Assembly: GCA_951406725.2 (NCBI GenBank)
Contig: OX597825.1
Span: 10,416,001-10,480,000 of the forward strand
DNA length: 64,000 bases
Source: Octopus vulgaris
Taxonomy: Eukaryota
Reading direction: 5' to 3'
A program made the translations under genes and the position numbers. The stretch's first letter is position 1, and the number at the start of each line of letters is the position of its first letter. The notes below the pieces were generated by a model, which worked only from the letters and a program-made list of their open reading frames with translations, ran no database searches and was not told where the DNA came from. Below are positions 37,950 through 53,728 of this stretch, one piece after another.

Positions 37950-38106
37950 TCTTTCTCTCTCTGTTTATTTTTTTTTATTCCTTTCTGTTCAAGAGCATAG
38001 GCTCGAAACGTAAACGACTTTTTCATTCTTCCCGAGCGTCAAACTAATGCTCTTGCTTGTTGTTTATACACCTGACTTTATCTTTTGTTTTTCTATAAAT
38101 TTCAAC
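37950..38106 (+). mobile_element. Short hammerhead-like element (family E)
   Basis: cttt-CTGTTCA-A-GAGC-atag-GCTC-GAAA-CG-TA-aacg at 37981-38016. Confidence 0.65.
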
Positions 38107-38190
38107 ATACTTATATACATGTGTGTGCGTGTATCTGTGCGTGTGTCTGTGCGTTTGTGCGTGTGTATGAGTGTATGTGTTTGTGTATGC

Positions 38191-38244
<54 letters not shown>

Positions 38245-38326
38245 TATCAATATAGCATATTACTCTACCGCCGGTTTTCGAGCACTATTTTCTTCCACCT
38301 TGTTTCAGATTTATGTACTTACTCTA

Positions 38327-38424
<98 letters not shown>

Positions 38425-38701
38425 AAAAGAATAAGTAAAATTCATATTTAATTAATCACTCTGCCAAACTGTTATGTAGGAAAAGCCATTTCTAGTTACA
38501 CCGGTAATAATATTTACATATATATTCCTTCTCTTATAGTCTTTGTATACTTGTGTTTAAATTGTTTAAATATATATTCTTGTATTTGAATGGTTAAGAA
38601 GTTTCTTTCGCAACTATAAAATCGTGGGTTCGATAACTCAGTGTGTCATGTCCAACGAGTGTCTTTGAGTCTCGGGTGCCCTCAAATGGATAATGAGTGG
38701 A

Positions 38702-39120
38702 AAGGTGGCGAGCTGGCAGAAACGTTAGCACGCCGGGCGAAATGATTAGCGGTGTTTCGTCTGCCGTTACCTTCTGAGTTCAAATTCCGCCGAGGTCGAC
38801 TTTGCCTTTCATCCTTTCGGAGTCGATAAATTAAGTACCAGTTACGCACTGGGGTCAATGTAATCGATTTAATCCATTTGTCTGTCCTTGTTTGTCCTCT
38901 CTATGTTTAGCCCCATTGTGGGTAATAAAGAAACAGGTATTTCGTCTGTTGCGACGTTCTAAGTTCAAATTCCACCGAGGTCGACTTTGCCTTTCATCCT
39001 TTCGGGTTCGATAAATTAAGTACCAGTTACGTACTGGGGTTGATGTAATCGACTTAATCCTTTTGCCTGTCTTTGTTTGTCCCCTCTATATTTATTCCCT
39101 TGTGGGTAATAAAGAAATAA
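38702..39120 (+). mobile_element. SINE family A, dimeric copy
   Basis: Head aaggtggcgagctggcagaaacgttagcacg followed by two tandem ~185-bp core modules. Confidence 0.88.
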
Positions 39121-39495
39121 ATGGATAATTAGTGGACAGAAACTGACCAGAATGCTGGACTGCATTTGTAATTCAAAGATTCAAGCATGACACAGTTTTG
39201 TTGTACTGATTTTCCTTGGGAATTACACTAAGAGTACACATGTCCATGTCATATCTTAGCACTTCACTACATAATTAAAAGAGTAAGGAATTCGCTTAGC
39301 CGAACAAATGGGCGCTCGTACGGCGAAATTGAAATTGACGCAAGAGTCCATCGTATGATAATGCATGTGTTTGTACGTGTGCATGCATGTATGTATATAT
39401 ACATGTATGTATGTATGTGTATGTATACACACACACACACAAACACACACACACAAACACACACACATATATATATATTTATATATATATATATT

Positions 39496-39526
<31 letters not shown>

Positions 39527-39532
39527 ATATAT

Positions 39533-39579
<47 letters not shown>

Positions 39580-39985
39580 CAAAAAGCCTGGCACTCGCAG
39601 ATATATCCACATATATCTAGAGAGTGACGTTTGTATTGTATGTACGTGTGCACGGTGTCTACTTACATGTAAGTGTATTTGTGTGTATGATCGAAATGCG
39701 TTCACAAACTGTTTGCAAGTTAGATCACATTAATCAATTTGTTCTATATTCGGCGTTGCACATAATAGCTTAGATTTCTCCATTTTGTCAGCGTATGTAA
39801 GGAAGCCATAAAAATGTCAAGAAAGCGGCTGATGTCACTGTCGTATCAGTGACAATATGTCGATGGTACCTGGTCGTGATCGTGGTGGTTGCAAGAAGAA
39901 GGGACACATCAACGGCAGAGGCAGAGAATGTAATTATCGTGACGTAAAGTTTACTGAAAGAGAGCAGGGAATGCGCGCGCACGTG

Positions 39986-40038
<53 letters not shown>

Positions 40039-40117
40039 TTATCTATCTATTTATCTATATATATATATATATATATCTTTATCTATCTATCTATCTATCT
40101 ATCTATATATATATATA

Positions 40118-40236
<119 letters not shown>

Positions 40237-40325
40237 ATACATGTGTGTGTGTATGTATATATATATATATATCTTTATCTATAGATCTATGTATATATAT
40301 AATTATCTTTATCTTTAGATCTATA

Positions 40326-40366
<41 letters not shown>

Positions 40367-41329
40367 TTTTGTACGGTATTATTGCCATTCAAAATTCTGA
40401 AAATAATATTCATCATATTTGGTAAGACATCCGATCTGGAACATGGAGCTTGATCAGAGTGAAGAAAAATGCATAGAAGAAAGGAAAGAAAAGAAAAGAA
40501 CCTCGAGAAGAAGATGAAAGGCTTAATATATTTAAATCATGCCATTTTGCATATATGTCGCTTCAGGCCGTTGACTTAAAATATTAATCGGTGGGTTAAT
40601 TTTTCTACGGGGGTAACAGGGCCTATAAGTAATGAGAAAGTGAAATAAAAAATTTACCATAACGGGATACGCCAATAGGTTTTGACAAAGAGGCAGTGAG
40701 ATTGCCATAACGTTTTGAAGTAATCATAATAGTTCTTAAAATTATGTTAATAGTACTAATTAATAGTTTATCATAATAAAGTGCTCATCAGCTAATTACA
40801 ATTATTTACTTGCTGGTATGTTGTAAAACCAACCACCTATTGCTCGTAATGGGATTGACCTAAGTCCACCTTTCGATATAACTGGTCTTTTAAATTTTAA
40901 AACAAAGGACAAGCTATTAAGACCGTTATATGAGTAGGTATAAATAGATAAATAAAAAATAAAAGTATGGAAAAGTAGTATATTTTGTAAGTGGCCCCAA
41001 AACCGCTTAGGACATTGAATATAAAAACAAACAAATAAACATGTGAAGAACCACATTGCGAAGGAATGGACAACGCTAGTAGTGTTATTAAAACCTAGAG
41101 AGATCCCTATTTGGACAATTGTGAATTAAGGCCGTTGTGGGGGCGGGGGATGGACAGATGCTTTATAAAATAGGGGTGTGAAATTAGTAGACAAAGAAAG
41201 GAATTGATTAGTAAGAACGGAAATAGTGAGGGAGATAAAGGTGAAAAATACGGTTAAAGGAAGAATACGGTTAAATTCTATAAGGCGGTCCTCCAGTATG
41301 ACCGCACTGAAACAAGAAAAAGAAAAAAA

Positions 41330-41368
<39 letters not shown>

Positions 41369-41620
41369 CAAAATAAGCAACAAGTATATCCGAGCTAATG
41401 TGGTACGATCGTTTCATGCTACTTCATTTTATTAAGCACTGTAAGCATTACATCAGTTTCAAAATATCGAGCAATCTTCAGCCACCTTTAGATATTTTCC
41501 AATCAAAACGAACAATGCACATTCTTATCCCTAATTCGTTTGCCAACATTATAAAGAGGGTAGATATACAGAGAGGTTGATTTCATTCTTAAGAACATGA
41601 TAGTATTAAATCTACTCTCT

Positions 41621-41657
<37 letters not shown>

Positions 41658-41672
41658 CACACACACGCATAC

Positions 41673-41706
<34 letters not shown>

Positions 41707-42261
41707 ATGTATATATACAGGTGAGCGGTGAGATTATTCCCATGTATCATGTGATTGATGTTTCGTTTCTGTAATTTGTCATTTCTTACTTTCTGGTTGT
41801 TTGTTTTTCCCGTTCCATGTAGAAAAAGAATTTAGGGTTTTCGTGATTTTTGCATTAATATATCATTTGTAAATCGTAAACCTCGCAAACCACACTCTAT
41901 TACACGTATATTAATGTTTGTGTGTACTCAGAAATAAAAATCTATATTCATCAAATATTTACGTCAACCAAATATCGATCTCTTATCTTACGATGGAAAT
42001 ACTGATAAGAGTTTGCTATGTTCGGATTTGGTGCGTGATGCTAATTGACCTCAAGCAGTAATTGAAACCCTCTCGTGCACTTTAGGAAATCTTGAACGCA
42101 TTATTCTACCAACAGCAACGCAGAAAACATCTGCCAGGATAATTTGACATTAACATCTGAAACAAACAGTCACACACACTCGTATGTACGTACACACACA
42201 CATATGTACTTATATACACACATATGTACGTACACACACGTACACACACATATATATATAC

Positions 42262-42351
<90 letters not shown>

Positions 42352-42488
42352 ACATATATATGTAGGTATGTACATATATATATGTATATATTTATATATT
42401 ATTTATATATATATATGTAGGTATGTACATATATGTATGTATATATTTATATATTATTTATATATATATATGTATGTATGTATATATT

Positions 42489-42536
<48 letters not shown>

Positions 42537-42592
42537 AAGAAGAAGAAGTTTGTAAAGGCCACTACATAAGATAAATTTTCATTTTCTTAGAG

Positions 42593-42640
42593 AATTTACA
42601 TGTTTCGGTGCTTCTTGAAAAAACGAACCTTATCAAAAAT
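42593..42640 (-). ncRNA. Degenerate hammerhead motif
   Basis: Minus strand TTGATAA-GGT...ACC-GAAA-CATG-TA, with palindromic ACATGT. The core and stem I are decayed. Confidence 0.35.
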
Positions 42641-42789
42641 ATTTTTAAAAGTTAAGTGCAATAAAAAAGTTCATAATTGTTTCTTACTAGTCTCAACCGA
42701 GTGCACGTGGTGATGTTTTGTGGGGGGAGCATAATGGCTGTCTTGTGCGTTGACTAGATTTGTTGGCGGTAATTATGAAAATTATCTGT

Positions 42790-42873
42790 GGCCGTTACAG
42801 CAGTGCCGATATCGAACTGGCGGCCTTACGATTGTGAGCCGAATGCCCTAACCACTAAGCCACGCGCCTTCAC
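42790..42873 (-). mobile_element. tRNA-like SINE head fragment
   Basis: Minus strand gaaggcgcgtggcttagtggttagggcattcggctcacaatc...agttcgata, with A and B boxes. Confidence 0.6.
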
Positions 42874-42939
42874 AAGCCAGAAACTACAAACACGAGGAGT
42901 TTCAAGCAAGTGTATCCTTCCCTCGTGCATTCACATCGT

Positions 42940-43325
42940 CGTGGCACTCCGTCGGTTACGACGACGATGGTTCCAGTTGATTCGATCAACGGAACAGCCT
43001 GCTCGTGAAATTAAAGTGCAAATGGCTGAACACTCCACAGACACGTGTACCCTTCACGTAGTTCTCGGGGAGATTCAGCGTGACACAGAATGTGACAAGG
43101 CTGGCCTTTTGAAATACAGGTACAACAGATTCAGAAAGAAAGAGAGAGAGAGAAAAAGTTGTGGTGAAAGAGTGCAGCAGGGTTCACCACCACCCCTTGC
43201 CGGAGCCTCGTGGAGCTTTAGGTGTTTTCGCTCAATAAACATTCACAACACCCAATTAGGGACTCGAAACCGCGATCATACGACCGCGAGTCCGCTGCCC
43301 TAACCACTGGACCGTTGCGCCTCCA
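42940..43325 (-). mobile_element. tRNA-derived SINE family B
   Basis: Full-length homologue; the flanks tgcattcacat and tgcatttacat resemble a TSD. Confidence 0.88.
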
Positions 43326-43384
43326 CTGCATTTACATACACATGTATAAACACGCTTATATGCACAAGTATATATACACTTACT

Positions 43385-43840
<456 letters not shown>

Positions 43841-44714
43841 ACGTATATGCAACAAATGAAAATATAAATTTTTCGAATGCTTCAATATCCTCAACGAAAC
43901 GATTCGGAACGTTTTAATGCCGTCAGCCACTTTGGTTGGGAAGAAGAGATGAACGTTCTATCGACGCAGAAATAGTTTTTAATGCAAGTGTGTGCGTACA
44001 TAAGTGCGCCCCTCTATGTACGTGTATGCGTTATTGATCAGTGACAGGTATACACATAGATATATCACAAACATATACATATATACAGTTATGCAGATAC
44101 CCACACAGACAACACTAATATACACTTATATTTTTGTTTGCGTTTTGTTTTCCAATTATCGTTGCAAAGCTAAATGCCTCGCTGCTGCATAGAATATTTA
44201 TGAAAGACGTTTGAATATTGGAGTTTTATCTCTCTCTCTGTCTCTTTCTCTCTTTCTCTCTCTCTCTATATATATATGCACGTGTGTGAAAGTGTGTGTG
44301 AAAGTGTGTGTGCAAGTGTGTGTGTATATCTGTGTGGTGACTGCAATGTAGAATATTTAAAAGATATATAGATTGTTTAATGACTCGAGTCAACTACAAT
44401 TTAACTGGAAAATTTTAAATTTAAGTCTCCGCCGATGGTATCATTATGTATACGCGTGTGTCTATATGCGTTATACATACATACATACATACATATATAC
44501 ATACATGCATACATACATACATACATACATACATACATACCGATAGATATAGCTAACGTCATAAGAATATATAAACTTGAAGAGAACAAGAGAAGATAAA
44601 ATAATTATTGGATCTTGGAAAGGGTAAGCTTTGAATAATAGCGTGGAAGGATTGGATTTCTAAAAAAACCTTTGCATATCTTACCTTCTTCAAGATTCAA
44701 CGTTCCACCAAAAC

Positions 44715-44819
<105 letters not shown>

Positions 44820-44986
44820 GCGCCTTTTTAAAGCCTAGCCAGGTTCATGGGCCCGATTTCTCGGTTTCTATGACGTATGTGTTCCCCAGCTGGACGGGAC
44901 GCCAGTCCATCGCAGCGTTACTCATTTTTGCCAGCTGAGTGGACTGGAGCAACGTGAAATGAAGTGTTTTGCTCAAGAACACAACA
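44820..44986 (-). mobile_element. SINE 3' part with CORE-like and V-domain-like sequence
   Basis: Minus strand gttgtgttcttgagcaaaacactt...gcgatggactggcgtcccgtccag. Domain naming is from resemblance only. Confidence 0.6.
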
Positions 44987-45098
44987 TGTCGAGCAAATAA
45001 ACCTCTTGGTTTATTCCTGAAAACCTTATCCAAAAAAACTGAAAGCATAACTTGTGTTGTGTCTGTATGGAAAGATAGCCCCTATGTATGGAAAGATC

Positions 45099-45282
45099 GT
45101 TGCTATCTCACCCGCCGTCTCGACCTCCAGTAGTTTAACTCTTACAGTTGAATTCGATATCAGATCTCATTAAATTATTGTCTTCGTTTATTCCTCATTA
45201 CTCAAAACTAGTCAATTTTTTATGCTGTGTAGCCGAGCGTATTTTTATATCAACGGAAGATTGAAATTAGCATCCAAGGAGC
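45099..45282. repeat. ~185-bp direct repeat, second copy at 47474-47658
   Basis: gttgctatctcacccgccgtctcgacctccag...gaagattgaaattagc..caaggagc is present twice with few substitutions. Confidence 0.9.
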
Positions 45283-46416
45283 GCGCTTTATATATACACT
45301 TTATATTTATAGACACAACTTATAGACCTAATACGCAGCACTCATAAAATAAATATTCACTCTTGGTTTTTCATTTCCCCCATAAACAAAGAAAATATAT
45401 ATCCCGTACATATGATACAATCTTTAGTTAAATTTGAAATTAAAAATATCTGCCACGTAAATAAGCTTGAATATTTCACAGAAATGCACTTATGCGCATG
45501 CGTTAAGTGATAGGTGATATAAAAACTTAGTTCAATTAAGAAAAAATACATTTTTCACTATCCAATCACCCCCTCCACCACCTCCATCACCACCTCCATC
45601 TCCACCACTACCACCACCACCATCATCATCATCTTTCTCTTCCCCTCTCTCTCTCTTCTCTCCTTCCCGTCTCTCTCTCTCTCTTCCTTTCTTTAACTTC
45701 ACCATTACATCAACCCTCTGCTAAAATTATTACGTTCCCCCTACCTCATGTCATGAACGCTTTTCTCTCCTTCTTTTACTCTCTCCGTCTTTCTCTCTCT
45801 CCTAATCCTTCTCCCTCTTTCTGTCTCACTCTTCGCTTTATCCTCTGTTTCTCTTCTCTTTCCGTTCAACTAACCATGTGAAAGCGTTACAATTACATTC
45901 CCTCTACCTCATGTCATGGACGCTTCTCTCTCCCTCTTTTTCTCTCTCCCTCTTTTTCTCTCTCCCTCTTTCTCTCCCTCCTCTTTTTCTCTCTCCCTCT
46001 TTTTCTCCCTCCTCTTATTCTCTCTCCCTCTTTTTCTCTCGCCCGCTTTTTCTTCTCCGTCTTTTTCTCTAATCACATGAAAGCATTACCGACGGGCTAA
46101 GTAACGCAACGACAAGCAGAATTATGATCAGGTTTATTTTATATTGCTTATATATTCACATTTGTGTCGTGTTTATTTCGTCACTGTCCCCAACATTCGT
46201 TCGCTATTCCCAACAGCTTCTCGATGCCGAAGCAACAAAAAGTGAACAATATTATCATCAAAGGAGTGAAACTGTAAGAATCTTTTGGACGATAACTGAC
46301 GAGAACGAAGCAATGTCCCGTTTGTTCCTTTGTTGTGTTACTGTTTAAATTTTGGAATTTATCATGCATATATATCAATAAATATGAATATATATATCCA
46401 AAATTTATATATATAA

Positions 46417-46545
<129 letters not shown>

Positions 46546-46690
46546 ACTTATAAACAAGGGCAAAAGAAAAAATTTCTAATGCTAAATATGCCGAAACTAG
46601 ACACATCGTCCATAACCCTAGAATTCATCACTATAAGCACACGTCTCGAAGAAAGCCGACAGAAATTTCTAAAAAATTCCGTTATTATCA

Positions 46691-46744
46691 TATCGGACCC
46701 GATTTCAGAGTTAATTCATAAGAACCTTCTCTTCGTCAGTGATA
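46691..46744 (-). ncRNA. Type-I hammerhead ribozyme motif with intact core
   Basis: Minus strand tatca-CTGACGA-AGAG-(18 nt)-CTCT-GAAA-TCGGG-T-C-cgata. Perfect boxes, GUC triplet, stem I 4/5 paired. Confidence 0.65.
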
Positions 46745-46925
46745 AATGCGACAAAGAAATAAATTAAATACTTACTTATACCCATGGAAGAAGCAAACAC
46801 TAAATTTAACCTTTAAAGGTATTTTTTAATATGCTGGCCATTGAGAAAATTTGTTTTCGAAAAATTTTATCCTATATTAGATATATATATATATATATAT
46901 GCACACGTGTATATACTTATATTTT

Positions 46926-46970
<45 letters not shown>

Positions 46971-47881
46971 ATATCTTCATAATTATATACATATCTGTGC
47001 AATATACTTTGGAAATTTGTACTCCATAATAACCCAACTGAATATGCAGATGAGAAACTACTTCCGGCAACACACTAAAGCCTTCTTCATCGTGTCTGCA
47101 TTTTATCTCTCATAAATAATATAAATGTCTTACATGGTTGCAAGTGTTTAGAGTTTGTTTATTTCCTACTTCGAGTTTTCTAATTTATCATTTTCAGGAA
47201 ATTAAACATATCACATCTTAATAGGAAACCATATCTATGTCTCATAGCTTTAGGGGACACCGTCTTCGGATTTGATTTTAAGTTTTATTTTCTAATTCTT
47301 TTCATGCAGTTTGTTTGAAACAACTGAACAACTCGTGCTTTTCAGTTTTTCAGCTGTTATTTTTCAGTTATTAATGACCACCTTAAGCCAAATTCAACAA
47401 CACTCGAGTAAATTCTGATTATATAACTTTTCTCAAACTTACATATTTACTGTCCACGACACAAGCAAAGTTTGTTGCTATCTCACCCGCCGTCTCGACC
47501 TCCAGTTGTTTAACTCTTACAGTTGAATTCGATATCAGATCTCACTAAATTATTGTCTTAGTTTATTCCTCATTATTCAAAACTAGTCAATTTTTTTATA
47601 CTGCGTAGCCGAACGCATTTTTATATCAATGGAAGATTGAAATTAGCGTTCAAGGAGCTCCGATCAAAAATTGGAGAGTCCCAAAAACATCGCTTTGCCC
47701 AATGAGATATTCACAGAAGCAGTTACCTAAACAAAGCCTTGCTTTTATATGTACAATGCGCTGCACTCAAAACGAAAGATTAGATGCAGTGGATGGAGTC
47801 GATAAGGGAGAATTGTTATATGGTCAGTCTTGAGGATGGTGTTAAGGACAATAAGATGAGCCGCCTGAGGGAAGTGTGGCG

Positions 47882-48056
47882 TGGAGGAGTGACTGTGTGA
47901 TAAGTAGCTTGCTTACTAACCACATGGTTCCGTGTTCAGTCGCACTACGTGGCATCTTGGGCAAGTGTCTTCTACAATAGCCTCAGGCCGTCCAAAGCCT
48001 TGTGAGTGGATTTGGTAGACGGAAACTGAAAGAAGCCCGTCGTATATATGTATATG

Positions 48057-48144
<88 letters not shown>

Positions 48145-48330
48145 TGTGTCTGTGTTTGACCCCCCAACATCGCTTGACAATCGATGTTGGTAGCAGTTCG
48201 ACAAAAAGAGACCGATAGAATAAGTACTAGGCTTACAATGAATAAGTCATGGGGTCGATTTGCTGGACTAAAGGCGGTGCTCCAGCATGGCCGCAGTAAA
48301 ATGACTGAAACAAGCAAAAGAGCAAAAGCG
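47882..48330 (+). mobile_element. SINE family C
   Basis: Full-length copy with a long internal (TG)n. Confidence 0.85.
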
Positions 48331-48637
48331 CAAGAGGTACATGGGTCTGAGAGTTTCAGGGCAAATTACAAAATGAAATAACAAATCAGTGGGGTTGCAT
48401 TCAGTCCAATGAAGTTAAAAATCATCGGAAACAAAAGGTAATAAATCAAGGAAATGACTCCAGAAGAGTAAAACTCACGAACAGTAATTTGAATCTTTCT
48501 TATACATGCATTCAAACAGCTTTCTTCACCGTGGCCGCCAGGTTGAGAAATATTAGCTGCTCTTTCTTGCATATGGCGTGGTGGTTAAGTGTGCAGGCTA
48601 CTAACCCCAAGATTCCGAGTTCGATTCCAGGCAGTGA

Positions 48638-48961
<324 letters not shown>

Positions 48962-48962
<1 letters not shown>

Positions 48963-49411
48963 CAAATATTCTGCTCAATACCACAGATTTGCTTGTCAGT
49001 TGTTTGACCTTAACCAGTTGAGCATGTCCCTTAGTGGTTGACGATATGTGCATCTCTGATCACGAGCAGAAGTAGTGGGGGAGCATCATAGCCATGTTTT
49101 GAGAGGGATTCTTTGGGGTTTGAATAATTCACCTCTGGAAACATGGGTGGTTCTTTCAACATCCTTAAACAACCCTTATTCAGGGACCTTTTGAGCGGGA
49201 TGGGCTACTCAACCTGAAGAAAATTCTAACTGGGCCCCACCTGCAAGGTTATGCGCTGTTTATCTTGATATGAGATCACCATGTTGTGCATATATGGTTG
49301 TGCATGTGCCTGGTGTACCCTTATCAGACGGGTAGTCATGATGGGTATATTGGGCTTCGTATATTTTACCCCAGTGTCACTTTGATGGCATGAACTGCTC
49401 TCTCACTCAAT
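48962..49411 (+). mobile_element. 3' part of a (TAA)n-tailed retroelement
   Basis: The last ~200 bp match 10395-10591 in reverse. Bounded by (AAT)n on both sides. Confidence 0.75.
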
Positions 49412-49421
49412 GATAATAATG

Positions 49422-49491
<70 letters not shown>

Positions 49492-49544
49492 CAACATCGA
49501 AAAATACCTTAGGAATGAGAACCCAGGTTCGAAATTTCCCCGAG

Positions 49545-49588
49545 ACACCTGATGAAGGCTGGAGGGTATATTAGCCGAGATGTTGTGT
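49545..49588 (+). ncRNA. Minimal hammerhead motif (GAAA box mutated to GAGA)
   Basis: acac-CTGATGA-A-GGCTGG-agggtata-TTAGCC-GAGA-TG-T-T-gtgt. Confidence 0.65.
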
Positions 49589-51266
49589 TAACAACAAGAT
49601 GAGGACAAAATCCGTCTAATGTAAATTATGTAAATAATGTAAATAAAGCATGATATTGTTTTACATCTGGAGCTGAGTTACATCTGGAGCTGTTTAACGT
49701 GTGCTCTTACTCCCATCTTGTCTGATGTTGGATCCCTTCTTATCTGTGCTGTTCAATTCTATTTTGCTGATGTCGTCCACGTTTGTCAACACCAGCCTTG
49801 CCGAATCCGAGTGGGTTCATCAACAACTGTTTTGTTATGTGGATAGCACCTCTGGGTAATTTTCTTCTGTAATCTGTTTGACTTTTCCACGCCAACCAGT
49901 CTACATTTTTTTGTATAGTTACTGGGTGAGTCACCATCTTACTTTGGAAGACATTGTGACGACTATGCCTTGTTATAATTTCGAAACATGCTCCAAGTTG
50001 CCTTCGTGTTTGTCGCATTCAAATATTAGTTGTAGCAAAAATTTTATTTTCGTTTTTTCCCTTACACTTTTATGTTTATTTCGTTTACTAAAATTCGCTG
50101 CTTTAAATGTATTAACTCTAGCTATTGTTTGTTTCGTATTTTTATGAAGATGGCGCCTTTGAGTCATTTTTTGTTGATGTGCACGTATTACTGTGGGCCT
50201 ATATACTGGCGGTGTTTATGGCCAGTAGAGATATGACTCCGTTAGTTTGTCGCATATAACCACTTTACATTAGTTATATTAAAAATCATCAGCTTTTTTC
50301 TCCTTCTTATAATCGTTTTTTGTTGTGTTTTCCATTAACGCCAGGTTGAGAGGCTTCGATCCTGTGATGTAGTTCGTCGGATTCTTTGTTCCTTCTTTTT
50401 AGCCTCCATATTTTCACCTGACGTTGACTTTGATCTTTCAAATGTTTATTTTATATTTGCAAAAACCAAACAAACAAACAAACAAACGATCATAAAATAT
50501 TTTTATATTTATTTTTAAAATATTATTTGTTTTGTTCATTTTCTGTGTTTATTATTCCACGTATTGTTTTTTTTTTATGTAGGAATTTTGGGACTTGAAA
50601 TATTAGTTTTTCTCTTTTTTTTTACAGAATATGTTTAGCTTTCTAAACTTGATGTTAATGTGTTGAATTATAATATAATATTATTATGTGTGTATATACA
50701 ATGTTATTGTGAATTTATGCGTATGTATGTATACATGCTGTTGGTGGGTATATGACGAACTTTGATTTCATTCGTTTCTATTTAACATTAAACCATTTGG
50801 ATCAGATACCATAGAGAAAACTAAGCTACGGGCAAAATAAACTTACACCAAGCTTTTGGATTATCCCAATTTGTTAATTAATTCCCAGATTTTGCAAACC
50901 ATCAACGTCATATTCTCTATTTCTACTGTTCCTGACATCACAAGTTTTCCTGTCGATGGATACATCTTATTTCTACATGTGAACAAATTGGCCAAGGATT
51001 TCTTTTCTTTTCTATACAATAGCTTATTGTCCTATCTTACGCTATTTCTATTCGTATTCTTTTTATTTGGAGCAATCATGTCAGATAGCCCAAAGGATAT
51101 CTGGCATGATTTCCCAGACTCTCTAACATTTTTGTTATTCAATTCAATGAACATGGTTTTAATCATACAGAAATATTCCACACCACTTCTTTGGTGAATA
51201 TTGCATAATACGCATATTACCTTTTCAAAACTGGCACATTTTCTTCCAAAACGAAAATCTTAAATA

Positions 51267-51322
<56 letters not shown>

Positions 51323-52519
51323 TTTTTAATGATGGGTTTCGTCTGCCGTATTTTATGCTTTAAACTCCAATCCTGCAGCTGTACCTGAAATGTCTGTAAT
51401 GTAAGAGAAAAGCTTCCTGCAAACCGAATAATTGGTTTTGCTATTTGGTGTCGACTTCATTAGAAAAGCTACGCAATATCGCCGTATCCTTTTCAAACAA
51501 CGATAAAGAGAGGACTGAGTTCTATGTAAGATGTCATTACATTGCAGCTGCATATTATTATCTCATGGATAATAGACATTTTATCGCGTCTTCTATTTTA
51601 TTGCTGGTGTCGTACTTCCCTTCCCGATTGTTATTTTATATGTTACCTGAAGCTTTATGGTAGAATACAAGAACAAATTCTCTGAATTCATATTAAGTAT
51701 CTGCTTCACAGATTTGTACATTTGAAACTTAACCAAATTCAAGTTTTAAATCCCAATAGACAGACAGAATAAGTACTGGGCCTAAGAAAATAAGTCCTGG
51801 AGTCGGTTTGTTCAGCTAAAACCCTTCAAGGCGATCCTCCAACATGGCCGCAGTCAAATGACTGAAACATGTAAAAAAATAACAGAATTTAAGGAATTCC
51901 GAATGAAATTTCGGAAGAAAGTTATTCAACAAATTCCAGAGCTAAAATTTGGTGTTGTTAGATATATTTATACTATTAAGATAGGAAAATCACCTTGTAG
52001 ATACAAAAACAGACACCTTGTGCGTAAAGTCCGTGAGATATATACGTGGGTTTGCGTGTTGGGGTGTCTGTTCTCTCTACTCCACCGACTGCTCACCGCT
52101 ACTCTGCTACAAGTCTACGGACGTCTAGGCTTTTCCCTCTATATCTACGTATTGGGTTAGCCTACTTCATCGTTTGGGGGCGTCTACACAACAGTCTGTG
52201 AGGGTTGAACACTGTACTTTTCATTGAATATATAAATCGAATGTAAATAAAGTAACGCAGCATCATTTAAAGATAATTCAATTATCAAGAGAAGCAACAA
52301 AAGCGGATGAGTGCCCGAATTCCAGAATTAAAATCCATCCCTTAAAATTCTAAGGTGAAACTGCACTGCACTCAGTTTTCACTTTCATCGATCTGAGATT
52401 GTTCTAATAAATAAAAGTCAAATACCGGAACGTATTTAATTGAAATAAAGTTATCCCCAAATAGAAGAGGCCATCATTAATGAAGAAAAATTCCGTAAGA
52501 GGCGTGGCAGTGTAGTCGC

Positions 52520-52677
52520 AGATGTGGTTGTGTGGTAAACACTTTGCTTCCCACATGGTTCCGGGTTCAGCTCTACTGCATAGCACCTTGGGCAAGTAAA
52601 TTCTAATTATAGCTCTGGACTAAGCAGTCTTTGAGTGGATTTGGTCGACGGAAACTGAAAGAAGCCCGTCGTATAAA

Positions 52678-52717
<40 letters not shown>

Positions 52718-52915
52718 TGTGTGCGCGCGTGTGTGTGTGTCTTTGTGCTTGTCCTCCATCACCGCTCGGCAACCGGTGTTGTGTATATTTACGTCCCCGT
52801 AATTTAAAGAAACTTTTTTAAAAAAAGGAATACTGGGGGTCAGTTTGTTCGACTAAAAAATCTTCAAGGCGATGCCCCAGCATGACCGCGGTCTGGTGAC
52901 TGAAACAAGTAAAAG
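52520..52915 (+). mobile_element. SINE family C (diverged)
   Basis: Homologous to 4835-5268. Confidence 0.8.
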
Positions 52916-53504
52916 TTTAAAGATAACAAACCAAAATACTTTTCTTTATAACATGATATTTTTTACATCAAGTGTTCAACTGCCACCAATTTCGAATTCG
53001 CTTTTCATCATTCTCGGCTGAATAAAACGGACGCCAATGTATGTTGAAACTAGTCATTCTATTATAAACGGTAACAAACTTTTGTTGGCTTGTGTCAAAG
53101 ATACGTTTCTTAAATTATTCTCAATAAACACCCTTGACTGGTGGCTTTCATTTTGAATTAAAATTCATTCTCAATTCGCATTCATCTTTTTCATATTCCT
53201 ACTATATATTCATTTATATTTGTTAATGCGATATTTTTCTACATTTATGCTCTGTAAAGTTGCAATTTTATCGATTTCCTCACATACAACAAACATTATT
53301 TTTTTTCAATTGTATTGTAAATACACTACGTAATAAAGTATATCAACAGTGTTTACCAGTGTACGGTGTGTACTAAACTGCGTTGTAGTATACTACCCGA
53401 TGTTTAGTAGTCGTCACACCCTTAGTTTCTAGATATAACATTGTATTGCAGGTTTCTATTTATGTTTAAATAATATTTCTTAGGGATATAATCGTCCATT
53501 AATA

Positions 53505-53728
53505 TATTTCTTTACTGCCCACAAGGGGCTAAACATAGAGGGGACAAACAAGGACAGACAAAGGGATTAAGTCGATTACATCGACCCCAGAGCGTAACTA
53601 GTACTTAATTTATCGACCCCGAAAGGATGAAAGGCAAAGCCGACCTCTGCGGAATTTGAACTCAGAACGTAACGACAGACGAAATACCGCTAAGCATTTC
53701 GCCCGGCGCGCTAACGCTTCTGCCAGCT
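53505..53728 (-). mobile_element. SINE family A
   Basis: Near-consensus copy. Confidence 0.85.

Noticed and set aside
49660-50400. Complex sequence with a 92-aa minus-strand ORF
   Set aside because: Probably an old TE fragment; no domain motif or splice evidence recognised.
51961-52160. Possible GPCR exon 2 (ag|A TAT ATT...; RYIYTIKIGKSPCRYKNRHLVRKVREIYTWVCVLGCLFSLL)
   Set aside because: The phase fits and a Trp follows a basic stretch, but the conserved A-I-x-x-P of ICL2 and the TM4 proline are missing, the acceptor is weak, and part of the sequence resembles SINE C interior.
53015-53060. GAAACTAGTC with gaat/attc flanks (half hammerhead)
   Set aside because: The CUGANGA box is absent.
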